Source: Octopus sinensis (lineage: Eukaryota). Taken from it: 64,000 nt of DNA. The notes under the pieces were generated by a model. It searched no databases and had not been told where the DNA came from. It worked only from the letters and a program-made list of their open reading frames with translations. The stretch spans positions 10,292,001 to 10,356,000 of the forward strand of contig NC_043009.1 of assembly GCF_006345805.1 (NCBI RefSeq), given 5' to 3'. A program made the position numbers and the translations under genes. Below, piece after piece: positions 1-11,857 of the stretch (positions are counted from its first letter, which is position 1; every line of letters begins with the position of its first letter).

Positions 1-1682
1 AAACTGCAACGGTAGGTTAGATCTTATTTGTTTACCAAAGGGAATTACAAACCAAATATAGTTTTTCCTGTTCTTGTACTGGCTCGGGGAGTCAACACTA
101 ACATTAAGGTGGGTATCTCTGGGTTGAATAATGGGTTTTGGCCTACGATGGCCCTATCTGGACCGCAAATTCTTTATGTTATCTATATTTATGCTAGTTG
201 TACTTGTATCGACATTCCTCAGGCTACCATCACTATTTATCTTATTGTAACTTGACTTATCCTGATGACAGAATGCTGGTTTCGGAAGGGCCGGGTCTAT
301 ATATGCTACCTTCTCCCTATAACCGGCTTTTGACAGGGCGGCATTATAAAATTCCGCTTTCTGCCTAAAAATGTCGACGTTGGCAGACAAATTAGTTAAT
401 CTTTGAGAAATATTTTTAACCAAATTGTCTGTTATAGTTTTTGCGTGGTAAGAGAAAACACTGACATACTTTAAGTTAGTGGAAGGTTTGTGGTAGGGGC
501 AGTAAGAATCGCTATGGAGGTTTAGTGTGACATCTAAGAAATTTGCCCTGGTAAGTTCGTTATCAAAAACTATGCTCATGCCCATCCTATTAAAGAACCT
601 AGCTAATCTACTTTTAGTTTTCTGTATCATTCTAATCGGGGTGTTCTGTAGGTAAAACAGGCAATCGTCACGATACAGGCCGCCTCCGATGTTCGGGAAT
701 TGGTCGGATAATTCATAGAGAATATAGATTCCGACCAAATCGGCAATCTGGGCGCTATCTGAACTTCCCATAGGTTCATCGAACTCGTTGGGAGTATCCT
801 TACGAACCCATAACTTATCTTCAAACTGTATAAAGGATTTTCTGGCGACTAGAATTATATCAATTTCTTCTCTTGTGAGGCCTGCCTTATTATGTGCATG
901 CTACAGGGCCTTATTGAGTACACTAGAGTTAATCGAGGGGTAGAAATTATCAATATCGAACTGAATGAACTTAGTTCTGTTTTTATTAGGGATAGAAGGG
1001 AACCACTTTACGACTTGCGAGGAGTTCGCCCAAAGGTTAAGCTTAAGCTTATTAACTAAACTAGGAATGTATTTGTCTAAAATGTACTTACTGATGGAAC
1101 CGATGTCGGAACTAGAAGGGCATATGAGCCTTAATGCTGGATTGGTGTGGAAATTTGGTTTGTGGTCCTTAACGATGAATCTAGGTTGTCTTGGGTTAAT
1201 CTCCAAGTTAACTCTTCTCAGTGTATTCTTATTTGTAGTTCTATAGTTCTTCTGGATCTCTTTTCTGAGTAATTCTAAGTACTGGTTTTAGGTATCTTGT
1301 AAGTATTCCTTGTTTTGTCAGATTGGACCAGGATTCCGTCTGAGCTGTTGATATCCTTAGTAATTTTCCCTAGGTATCTGAGGTGTTCATTCCTACGGGG
1401 CGACTTCCTGAATTTAATGCTCCTTACAATGCCCCATAAGTCGTCCTCAAATTTCTTCAGTCTGGGGTTAGGTGGTGGCGTCTCCATCGACTTGAAAAGC
1501 TTCTTATATTCGGATGATGTTGCGGACCGGTTCTGTTTTAAAACCTCGTTATCATGAAAGAAAGCGAGCCATCTAATCCGGTTGATGAATGCATTTGTTT
1601 TGCAGACAATTTCCTTAAGGAAGGCTTCCTTTGGTGGTATAGGAATGTCCTTAAGGGACGCGTTAATCTCGAACAACTCCAT
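1..1682 (-). pseudogene. Penelope-like element (PLE) reverse transcriptase ORF, disrupted; runs off the window start
   Basis: ORFs 1275-1682, 901-1206 and 154-771 join through one frameshift (~1280) and in-frame TAG stops (901-903, 154-156). Motifs FIQFDIDNFYPSI, MGSSDSAQIADLVG, GLYRDD, NFLDVTL and YHKP, then RKNYIWF after the second stop, match PLE RTs. Confidence 0.92.
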
Positions 1683-1925
1683 TTGCGGTATCGGTTAAGG
1701 TAGCAGTTTCTTGGCGAAGCTGTATATGATTATTGAAGTATATAAATGAATTATCTTATTACGGATTATTCAAATGATAACCGATACCTGGGTAGCAAAA
1801 ATCACAACAGAAAAAGCACGGTTGAGGTTACGACCATGGGGCCTAAAATCCGTGCCTTAGTGCGGAAATTTGAAGTTTTATATATATATATATATATACT
1901 TTATTTTAAGCAGCAGAAAATTCAA

Positions 1926-1975
1926 CAAAATCTGTTACTCTGAGTTTCTCGTTGCCGTTCATCAGACAGTTTTTG
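1926..1975 (-). ncRNA. Minimal type I hammerhead ribozyme of the PLE pseudo-LTR
   Basis: Reverse complement reads CAAAAACTGT-CTGATGA-ACGGCAACGA-GAAA-CTCAGAG-TA-ACAGATTTTG: intact core, 9/10-bp stem I, GCAA-capped stem II, near-palindromic short stem III, GUA cleavage triplet. Confidence 0.85.
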
Positions 1976-3044
1976 CTAGAATGGAACTGATATATTAATT
2001 CAATCTATACTCTTGCAAACGCTACACCTTTAAAAAGAAATGGACTTGTTTGATTGGCCCTTTAGAAAAAACGGTCAATCTTCGAGCGATAAACAAAAAG
2101 GTCAAAAATATATGTATATATATATATATAAAAAACTTATAAAAATTATAAAATCCGAGGAAAAAACCTTACATTGAATAAAATACATATTGACGTTAAT
2201 GAAGAAAGTGCAAATTAATGCATAGAAATTAAACCTGTTATAAATATTACACTGCAATACATAATTATATTAAAATCTACATATATATATCAACATACAC
2301 AAAATTATGCGTGCAAACGCCATACATATACAGACGTATGAATATAAATCTAAATATACACATAAAAGCATGTGTACATATATTCACACAAAACCATCTC
2401 GCACGCAAGTTAAAAAAGATCTATGTAGCGATTCTCATATACTGAGTAAGGGGGGAACGAAAGAAAGGGAGAGAGAGAAAAAGGAACGAAGGAGGTGTGG
2501 GGAAAAAACGAAATAAGAAAAAATTATGTATACAAGCAGTGTAACGGCATTATGGCATATATGGAGACAAGTATGCATACATAAGTTTGAATGGATACAG
2601 TCGTGTATATGTGTGCTTAAGCACAAACATACTTTCACTTACACATACACAGATACGGATGCTTACAAATACATATGCTTTGCTATGCACATACTTATAT
2701 CAACATTCTAATTTTGACAACATTGCTTTTTTTTAAAAAAAACATTGCTTTTTTTAAAAAAAAAAATGGGTGCATTAATAAAAATATATACGAAAGACAT
2801 ATAAAATAAAATATAACATCCTATTTTGGGTCATTTATAAATAATTAAGGTAATATAAATAATCAAGGTAATCCTATATAATACAATAACATGAAAACAA
2901 AAGTTGGAGGTTTTTCCTAATATATATGTAGAAACATAAGACTTTGCTATACGGTTTAAGATCCGCATTCCTTGGAAACAAAATCCATCGTAGCGCTCAT
3001 CGTTCAAGAGTCAAAATCAAAATCAAAAATACAAAATATATACT

Positions 3045-3258
3045 CTATCCATATGGTATATTTATATTCGACATTTTAAATTTAGCCGCGTGCCTACATA
3101 AGTTCATTAGCTCGCTTCTTTGATTCAAAGAATTATTGTCTTTGAATAAGATGTACATTTTTTCTAATAGACAAAGCTTGCACTTGAAATTATTTTTGTA
3201 AGCTCCATGCCTGTATGGTGCCGCCCTGTCCAGAATGCTCCATGTCACGTTGAAAGGT
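3045..3258 (-). pseudogene. C-terminal fragment of a PLE GIY-YIG endonuclease
   Basis: Translation WSILDRAAPY...CKLCLLEKMYI...LNQRSELMNLCRH matches the conserved PLE endonuclease tail (W.IL..A..Y, C.LC..EK, LN.RSEL...CRH). Confidence 0.85.
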
Positions 3259-3262
3259 GGGG

Positions 3263-3296
<34 letters not shown>

Positions 3297-3299
<3 letters not shown>

Positions 3300-3488
3300 A
3301 GAATTCACAAAAAAAAACAGAAGACGAAGACAGGTGGTGCAGACAACAAACAGATGTATTAGTATAACGCTCGAGAAGTGAAAAAGTCTTTAACGTTTCG
3401 AGCTTACGCTCTTCTGCAGAAAGGAAACAGAAAGAAACAAGGAGCGAACATAAAGAAAGTGTAGTGGCTAGCGATCTATCATGGCGAT
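3297..3488 (-). mobile_element. ~190-nt hammerhead-bearing non-autonomous element (PLE solo pLTR / retrozyme-like), copy 1
   Basis: Homologous to 36931-37168 and 63071-63260. Contains CTTT-CTGCAGA-A-GAGC-GTAA-GCTC-GAAA-CGT-T-AAAG (3388-3423, minus). Flanked by (TA)n. Confidence 0.7.
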
Positions 3489-3507
3489 GATATATATTAT
3501 ATATAAA

Positions 3508-3728
3508 TACGAGAAGTCACTGAAAAGCTCTTGGCTTTAGTTGGAAGAAAATACAGGAGAATCAGTTAATTATGATTTTATTCAACATGTATTCACAGAT
3601 TCACACACTTATTGCAGCAGCCCTTCAGTTTTCCAGTTTTCCTGTAAAAGAGCACAGAATATGTTGGGCCTCCAACCGGGCCTTTCGTGGTACCCCTGAA
3701 CCCAGCAACTTTTCTGCAGCCCCTCGTG
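3508..3728 (-). mobile_element. mariner-derived MITE (same family as 17981-18199 and 34172-34358)
   Basis: Imperfect TIRs TACGAG...CTGAAAAG.TC.TGGCTTT at both ends; internal sequence shared with the other two copies. Confidence 0.65.
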
Positions 3729-4781
3729 TGTGTATATATGTGTGTGTGTGTGTGTGGTGTGTGTGTGTGTGTGTGTGTGCGTGTGTGTGTGCGTGTGCGT
3801 CTGTGTGTGATGCGTATGTACCTTATAGATTTAAAAACTGAGTTGTAGATTTTGATGTATGACGTATCAAAAGATTCAGTAATCTTTCGGCTACAAAATG
3901 AAGTATGTATTTTGCACGAAAACTCTTTTTTACTACAAACATAACCTCAAAAACGAGGTCGGGTCGCATAATTTTGAGATCATTTTCGGGCAATATTTGG
4001 ATTTGCTTTTACCAAAGTTGCTACTTTTAATGTTTTCGACGTAAAAAAATGCAGCAATGTACAAAGAGTGTTATGAGTGCATTTGTGATACACAAAATCC
4101 TATTTGTCAACGGAAAATGACCAAAAAGCATGCTTTTTTGAACAATTATTGGCACATTTTCCGTCAATAATGGCCTTTGTGTCACAACTAAACCGCAAAA
4201 GTGAACGTCTTCAGTATTCCATGATTAAACAATGTCTTTGAAGTATTGTGATACCATTTCTTTGCACAAAGCCCTATTTCAACAGAAAATTGACTAACGA
4301 ACTTTGTCCTGACATAATTGTGATCACTACTGTCATTACTAACGAAAACAATTTATCCATGTAGATTTTCTTGGTAGCAACGACTCAGGAATGCCAAACG
4401 AGCGTTCTCAAGTTTAAACTCAATAAAATTTCCCCGAGGATTAAGCACAGTAAGAGTCTCTATTCGTTCAAGTGTGGTAAAGACGAGAAGCAATGACTAA
4501 AATCTTTCGAGTTTTTTTGCTTTTAACAGTTTTCTCTTTATTCAAAACAATTTATGCAAAGTTACTTATCGTTATTTGTATATGTTCATGCCTATTATTC
4601 ATTCCATAAGCCACAAAGTTCGTAAGGTTTTGCTACAGTTTCCCTATTTCTCACAGTCGTTAAGCAGCTACTATAATGCAGGTGGTGTGATGGAAAACAA
4701 ATGTCTGACCTGATAACCTCAGTGAAGACAACAACAACGCTGTGCATCTATGCGAGGGCAAATTAAGGTCACATACATACA

Positions 4782-4844
<63 letters not shown>

Positions 4845-4933
4845 CATGCATACATTACATATATATGTATATATAAGTCTGTATATATATATACATATAT
4901 ATATAAATATACATTATATATATGTATATATAT

Positions 4934-4966
<33 letters not shown>

Positions 4967-4975
4967 TATATATAT

Positions 4976-5548
4976 AGGGTAGCCCAAATGTCACCGAGGA
5001 GTTGCAATCTTTGATAATTCTTTTATATTTTTAACAGTTTTCTTTTATTTTCAGGGATTTTATGGACTAGATCCTGGAAATTAATTATGGAAAAATATGG
5101 CACCGCACAAGTGGCGAAATTGTTCTATCAAAATCAGGAGACCATTATTCAAACCCAGAGAGTACTAAAGATAATTGCATGCTATAAAGTATACAGTATG
5201 GTGTGCAATTGGGGCAGATGAGATAATCTGGCCTTAGTTCTTTGTGGACAATGATAGGAATGCTGTTACTGTGAGCAGTACAGGCTATAATCGAGAACTT
5301 TTTGCGCCCGGCTATTCAGAATAGGCCCAATATGTGGTTCCTGCAAGATGGAGCAGATGCTCATACTACTAGAGAAATAATACAGTTGTTGAGGCAATGT
5401 TTTTGGAGAAAGAATCATTTCTTGCTACTGTGACGTCAACTAACCATCGCGTTCCCCAGACTTGCCCAGCCTGACTTCTTCTTGTTGGGGTACCTCAAGG
5501 AGAAGGTTTATGTAAACAAACCAGAAACTCTGGAGCAACTGAAGGAGA
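4976..5548 (+). pseudogene. Tc1/mariner DD41D (rosa-like) transposase relic
   Basis: Frameshift-corrected translation WFLQDGADAHTTRE...GERIIS...PSRSPDLPSPDFFLLGYLKEKVYVNKPETLEQLKEN, with about 41 residues between the second and third catalytic Asp. Starts right after (TA)n and is interrupted by a SINE. Confidence 0.8.
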
Positions 5549-5802
5549 ATACCTATTTCTTTACTACCCACAAGGGGCTAAACACAGAGAGGACAAACAA
5601 GGACAGACAAACGGATTAAGTCGATTATATCGACCCCAGTGCGTAACTGGTACTTAATTTATCGACCCCGAAAGGATGAAAGGCAAAGTCGACCTCGGCG
5701 GAATTTGAACTCACAACTTAACGGCAGACGAAATACAGCTACGCATTTCGCCCGGTGTGCTAACGTTTCTGCCAGCTCGCCGCCTTTACCAGCTCGCCGC
5801 CT
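5549..5802 (-). mobile_element. SINE family A (tRNA-like head, central GCCTTTCATCCTTTCGGGGTCGATAAA domain, 3' end AAAGAAATAGGTAT)
   Basis: B-box GAGTTCAAATTCC; 14-bp TSD TGAAGGAGAATACC at 5540-5553 and 5803-5816; many near-identical copies in the window. Confidence 0.9.
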
Positions 5803-6029
5803 TGAAGGAGAATACCACTTGAGAAATCAGAGTATATATCTGACACCGAATGAAACGCCACTAAATAACAAGATAGAAATGCATCTATTTACGATCTAGC
5901 AGAGATTCTTCACAGCTATTCTCAACAGGTGGTACGCAACATTAGCAATAACAGTTGTGTACCAAAAATCTGTTTGCTCTTTGTCCACTCAAACGTACTT
6001 CTCTCCTCCCTGAGATGTTACGGAACGAG

Positions 6030-7480
6030 AATGTATAGGAGTACGTCTATCTTGGGTTCACATTGAAAATGTGCCAAGAAATGGATGCTGAAATTTTAAA
6101 GAGAATAAACGAAGGCTGGAAGGCGTTTACCGCGATAAAGGATTCTTCAATAGCAGTGGCCTACCTGTGCTCTTATATGCAAGTGGAACGTGGGCTAGTA
6201 CGATGAGCGATAAACATCAACTGGCTAGGACGCAAAGAGCCATGAAAGAACTATGGGGTACTCAAAAGAAACTAGAATTTTGCAATATTATTTTCTTCAC
6301 TTAGTTTTACATGTTTACACTTTTATCGTCTTCAAAGAATTCTCCTTTTGAATCAATGCATCGGTACAGACGCGTTCGCACTGTTCGAAGCGGTGCTGAA
6401 ACTCTTGCGAAGTGATGTCTTTTAACGCCTTCGTCGTTTTTTTTCTTCACCTCTTCCACATCTGCAAATTTCGTAGCACCAGCTTCCGTCACCAGTGATG
6501 ACCTTCGAAAAAAGGTCCGGATCAACATTCAACTGTTCTTTCAGTTATCGACACGCATTCAGCCGTGACTGCTTTTGATCTTCCGTGAGCAAGCGAGGAA
6601 CAAATTTTGCTACAACTCTTTTCATTCGGAAATCCTCGCTCAAAATTCGTTAGCAAGATCTGTCAAATCAACAAGTTTGTCAAATGTTCGGTGTCGGTCC
6701 CCTGAGATCACTTCATGAATTTTCATGAAATTTTTTTTCGTTCGGGAGGTCGACGGTCGCTCTGAACAAGATTGGTCTTCAAGCGACAAGTAGCCATTCC
6801 TAAAGCCTAAAGTGTGAAAACAATTCGTTTTGCTCATAGCAGCTTCTTTTATAAGCTGTTTGAAGCATGACAACTGTTTCGGCCGTCGTTTTCCCCAACA
6901 GAAAACAGAATTTCACGGAAGCACGCTGTTGCTTCATTCCAGTCATCACAAAAATCAACGAACATGAGAGAAGCACTGCAAAACAGAGACGCACCACGTG
7001 GCAGTATGACCCCACGGGATAACGCCGATCGGCAGACAGATATCTGAGGGTCGCGTCAAGTAGCTTCCAGCGGTGGAGGCCTAAACTACAACGGGATTGT
7101 CCTGCAGGGAACGTTTCCTGTTACTTTTGGTTACCCGCTCGTAGGAGTATCATTACAAAACCATATTGAAACAAATAATTCAAGAAGGGAGCAGAATGGA
7201 TGATCTACTAGCAGTGTACCCAAAGCACAAGTTCCACAGGGCTAAAACACGACACAATCTTCACAGATATCAAGTGGGCCCGTGCACTTTCCAAGTGGTA
7301 TCTAGGTTATTATCAAAGTTATCGAAAGAGAGGAGTTGGAAGGCCTCCACAACAATAGGAAAACGATTTAGTTGAGCAATTTGGGAGATGGAAAAGAATG
7401 GCAGAGTCAAGAAAGAATTGGAAGCGCATTGTGAGCAGCGATGCATAGCAGAAACTGATAGTCTTAACGATTCTGTGATC
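6030..7480 (+). pseudogene. RTE-clade LINE 3' fragment, split by a mariner insertion
   Basis: EYVYLG...EILKRINEGWKAF...LPVLLYASGTW...RTQRAM ends at ~6251 and resumes as GVSLQNHI at 7144; the 3' end runs into (TCTA)n. Confidence 0.8.
6254..7141 (-). mobile_element. Internally deleted mariner transposon
   Basis: N-terminal MKQQRASVKFCFLLGKTTAETVVMLQTAYK and LEDQ..SERPSTS, C-terminal RCIDSKGEFFE; degenerate TIRs (GGGTAACCAAAAGTAAC vs GGGTACTCAAAAGAAAC); TA at 6252-6253 and 7142-7143. Confidence 0.88.
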
Positions 7481-7487
7481 TACCTAC

Positions 7488-7566
<79 letters not shown>

Positions 7567-7965
7567 GGCAGGTTTCCTCTCGTGCAAGTTTCAAAAAAAG
7601 GTGGGTGAATGTAGCAAAGATAGTGCGTGCGAGTGACGAAACCACTTTGATCCTGTAAATCGGAAAAGAGAGAGAGCACTTTGCTCTCATGTGTTTACTT
7701 CCTCCCTGCCTGAGGTTACCGTGGTCTTTTCTGTAGGCTTTTCTCTCCACGGATAAACCTAATCTTGTTTGTTACTTTTAAAAAAAGAATTTCTTTCTGT
7801 GATACACAATCCCTTTTGATTGCTTTTTTTCCCCCGATCCATTTTGATCGAAATTTTACATTTTTGTCCTTTCTTTTTCTTTTTCCTTTTCCATCTTCAC
7901 AAAGAAAAGCTCTACATTTGAATTTGTCCTCTTTGTGTCCAGCCCTGTGTGGCCAATAAAGAAAG

Positions 7966-8028
<63 letters not shown>

Positions 8029-8064
8029 CCTATCTATCTATCTATCTATCTATCTAACTATCTA

Positions 8065-8155
<91 letters not shown>

Positions 8156-8163
8156 CTAGCTAA

Positions 8164-8227
<64 letters not shown>
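7480..8227. repeat. Compound microsatellite field (TCTA)n/(TC)n/(TA)n/(GA)n/(TAGA)n
   Basis: Directly visible. (TCTA)n-(TC)n and (GA)n-(TAGA)n are arranged as an inverted pair around (TA)n at about 7967-8227. Confidence 0.95.
7567..7965 (+). mobile_element. 3' end of a probable Tx1/L1-type LINE inserted in (TATC)n
   Basis: ORF end RASFKKRWVNVAKIVRASDETTLIL*, then a UTR with hairpin ACCGTGG...CCACGG, T-rich tract and AATAAAGAAA. (TCTA)n on both sides. Related copy at 24601-24940. The clade call is an inference. Confidence 0.6.
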
Positions 8228-8238
<11 letters not shown>

Positions 8239-8491
8239 GAGGGTCCTTTATAAGTATACAAGATTTCGCTGCAACAGGCGCCAACCAGCAATTTCTTTCC
8301 TAGGTCTGATTTCCCGCTGAGAGCCTCCTCTTCTTGAAAAATACCGTCTGCATGTATTTGTATGTGTCTCTTGTTATATGTGCGTGCACGCGTGTATGTG
8401 GTGTTACATTTCAGGGTATGCATTTTCGTATTTTTTTTAACGTGGTCTCGTTTCTTTTTTGTTTTTTTAATCTCTATCTTTATTTACACAA

Positions 8492-8618
<127 letters not shown>

Positions 8619-8639
8619 CACACACACACACACACACAC

Positions 8640-8679
<40 letters not shown>

Positions 8680-9961
8680 ATATTTGCATAAATATTTATA
8701 CACAAACACAAACGTGCATATATGTAGTAATATATTATATAGGAAATGTTCAATAATATATGTGTGCGCGCAAATACAGATAATATACAATATGTAGGCA
8801 TAGCTATATACGTATATACATATATACACACATATATGTGGGAAGGGTTGTGAGAGAAGTGAGAATGAGAGAGAAATAGGCGAATGGATAATTTGCCGAA
8901 AATTGATCTTTGATTAAACGTCATCATATTAGGAAAATAAATAAATAAATAAATAAATAGAGAGAAAAGGAAAGAGATAAAGAAGAAAAAAAAAAGAGAC
9001 ATCTATTTAATTATTAGAAATTAGAAAGTATTTTCTTTCCTTTCTTCATATAAAACTTATTACATTCCCAACTTGAATATTAATAATAACTATTAAGAAC
9101 CTCCCTCACCACACACACACACACACACACATGTATACGCACACACAAATAAGAAATAAGAAAAATAAAAGATAAAAAAACAACCATCGGAAGCAAAACA
9201 TGTCCTAAATTGAAAACCATGTTATTACAACTACTACTACTGTTACTATTACTACTACTACTACCACTACCATCAACACTACTATCTCCTCCGCCTGCTA
9301 CATCGCCTACTCTCTCTCCTCCTCCTCCTCCTCCTTGATTTTCGCAAATGGTTAATCAACTTTCTTGACGTTATTAATGAAAATGAATTCATTCTTGCAC
9401 AACTAAATGGCATTAATATCTCTGCAAAGACCTTGTCACTGTTTCCTCGCTCAACATATTGGCTAGAATCATTTTTTCCTCTAGCTTTTTCACACATTTT
9501 AATTTTGTTGTCATTGTTGTTGTTGTTGTTGTTGTAATTATTTCATCGGCTGAATTTTTCCCATTTCTCGACTCTCACTCTCCCACCCCCCTCTCACTGC
9601 ATTTCTCCCTCTCTCATCGTCATTCTCATTTTCTTCCTCTCCAACTATTTCATTTCTTCTCCCCCCCTCTCTCTGTCTCTCTCTTTCGTTCTTTTCTTTT
9701 AATTTCTGTTTGCCAATCTTCTCAATCTCTCTCTCTCTCTCTATCTGCTTTGCTCAAAGTGTCTGTCAATCTGTCTGTCTGTCTCTGTGCCTGTCTGCCT
9801 GCCTGTCTGTCTCACTGTCTCTCTCTATCTTTCTCCCACACACTTTGTGTTTATCTCTCCCTTTTCTACGTCTTTATTTTTATTTCAATCTTTTGGCCTG
9901 TCATTCGGAATTGTCGTAGCATAAATTTCGAATACATACATGCAACACACACACACAGACA

Positions 9962-9989
<28 letters not shown>

Positions 9990-9997
<8 letters not shown>

Positions 9998-10118
9998 CAC
10001 ATATACACACCATTGATACACATACGCACATACATAGAAACACACACATACACTAACACATATACACACCATTGATACACATACGCACATACATAGAAAC
10101 ACACACGTACACTAACAC
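9990..10118. repeat. ~58-bp tandem duplication within a CA-rich tract
   Basis: CACTAACACATATACACACCATTGATACACATACGCACATACATAGAAACACACA occurs twice in succession. Confidence 0.85.
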
Positions 10119-11343
10119 AAGTTCACTGCAAAAATTCTAAAATTTTTCCTTATTTTTCTTCAATATATTGTTATTGTTGTAGTTATTGTTATTGCTGTTG
10201 TGATTCCATTGATTGTTTCACATGATTATTCTTGTCTTTGTTATCTTCGCCACAAACTTTAGACATCTGCGAACTCCAATCTTCTTCAGGAACGCTATAG
10301 AAATGCATGCTTCCTTATGAAAATAAAAATAATAATAAAAAACAGAAAGACGGTAAAGTCATTTCACCATTTCAAGAATGTCGTTTAAAAATGATTGATG
10401 TAACGTTAGCAAGTGATAATGGATTTCAATACATATTAAAGAAAAGGAAAACAAAAACAACAGTTACAACAACAACAACGTACAAAAAAAATAATAAAGA
10501 GAATTAAATATGAAGTAGAAAGGAAACAATATTGCCCCTCACAAAAAAAAATGCATTAGGAAAAAAATAAATAAGAAAAATACATCGACTAAAGAAGGAA
10601 GAACAGAGCAAAACAAGGAAAACCAGAGAAAGACATGTCTGCATTCACTTAACCTTCTATCACTAAGGATCATCCTCAATATGAACCTTATAAAAATCTT
10701 TCACTTCATATTGCAAATCCAGAGCATCAACGATACCAGCATCAATACCACCAGCAGCAACACCATCTTGTATTGTTGTCTCTATTATCACCACTAACTC
10801 TACTTTCACTTTCATTTTTAACATCAATAATGATTTTTGTGTTCTCTTTTTACATAGATGCAAGGTCAGAGATTGTAGAGGTAAGAAATATTCAATTATA
10901 TCGATCCTACCGCCCATTACTTGGCTGGTACTTTATTTTATCGTTCCTCAGAGGAATAAAAAGTATTGTTAACGTCGTTAGGATTTGAACTTAGAACATA
11001 ATGATCCGCAGCAAATGTTGCAAGTACTAATGATTCTACTAATCTGACATTCTAAAAATTCTGGCAATTGACCAAGTTACATCAACTCCAATAATAAATT
11101 ATTATCAGCTGTATCAACGAAGTATGGTTTAGGGGTTATGGTGTTGGACTCATGATCGTGATATTGTGGTTTCGAATCCTGGGCCGGACGACACGTTGTG
11201 TTCTTGAGCAAGACACTTAATTTCACATTAATCCAGGCTGTTCAGGTGGTAAAAATGAGTAATTCTGTGACGGACCGGCGTCCAGAGAAATGCGAACTAT
11301 AGTAATGAATGTCACAAAAGGCCAAAAATAATAACACCAACAA

Positions 11344-11374
<31 letters not shown>

Positions 11375-11857
11375 GAGGGAGAGAGAGAGAGAGGGAGAGA
11401 GAGAGAGAGAGCTTTTACGTGGCCACTCAGTTTGCTAGAAAGGAAAAATCATTATTCATTAATGATTTGTTATGTTTCAGTCATTTGACTGTGGCCATGG
11501 TGGAGCACCGCGTTTAGTCGAGCAAATCGACCCCAGGACTTATTCTTTGGAAGCCTAGTACTTATTCTATCGGTCTCTTTTGCCGAACCGCTAAGTTACG
11601 GGAACGTAAACACACCAGCATCGGGCCTCAAGCGATGTTGGGGGGACAAACACGGACACACAAACATATACACGCACATATACATATACACATATACATA
11701 TATATACATATATATACGATGGGCTTCTTTCAGTCTTCGTCTACCAAATCCACTCACAAGGCTTTGGTCGGCCCGGGGCTATATTAGAAGACAGTTGCCC
11801 AAGGTGCCACGCAGTGGGACTGAACCCGGAACCATGTGGTTGGTAAACAAGCTACTT

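Larger units (their letters stand above)
1..3262 (-). mobile_element. Penelope-like retroelement in partial-tandem (pseudo-LTR) arrangement
   Basis: On the minus strand: (TA)n, GIY-YIG C-terminus (3045-3258), long AT-rich UTR, hammerhead (1926-1975), (TA)n, 5' UTR, RT ORF. This is the typical PLE layout of a 5'-truncated copy upstream of the ORF. Confidence 0.8.

Noticed and set aside
262-290. CTGATGA as a hammerhead core
   Set aside because: No correctly placed GAAA or flanking helices; it is antisense RT coding sequence.
154-903. Selenocysteine readthrough in the PLE ORF
   Set aside because: The in-frame stops are TAG, not TGA, and a frameshift is also present, so ordinary decay is the simpler explanation.
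4080-4290. Imperfect inverted and direct repeats (CACAAA..CCTATT..CAAC.GAAAAT)
   Set aside because: Too degenerate to define termini or a TSD; probably an old DNA transposon remnant.
8228-8352. Possible coding exon (ADGIFQEEEALSGKSDLGKKLL, minus strand)
   Set aside because: No convincing polypyrimidine acceptor or donor and no recognisable homology.
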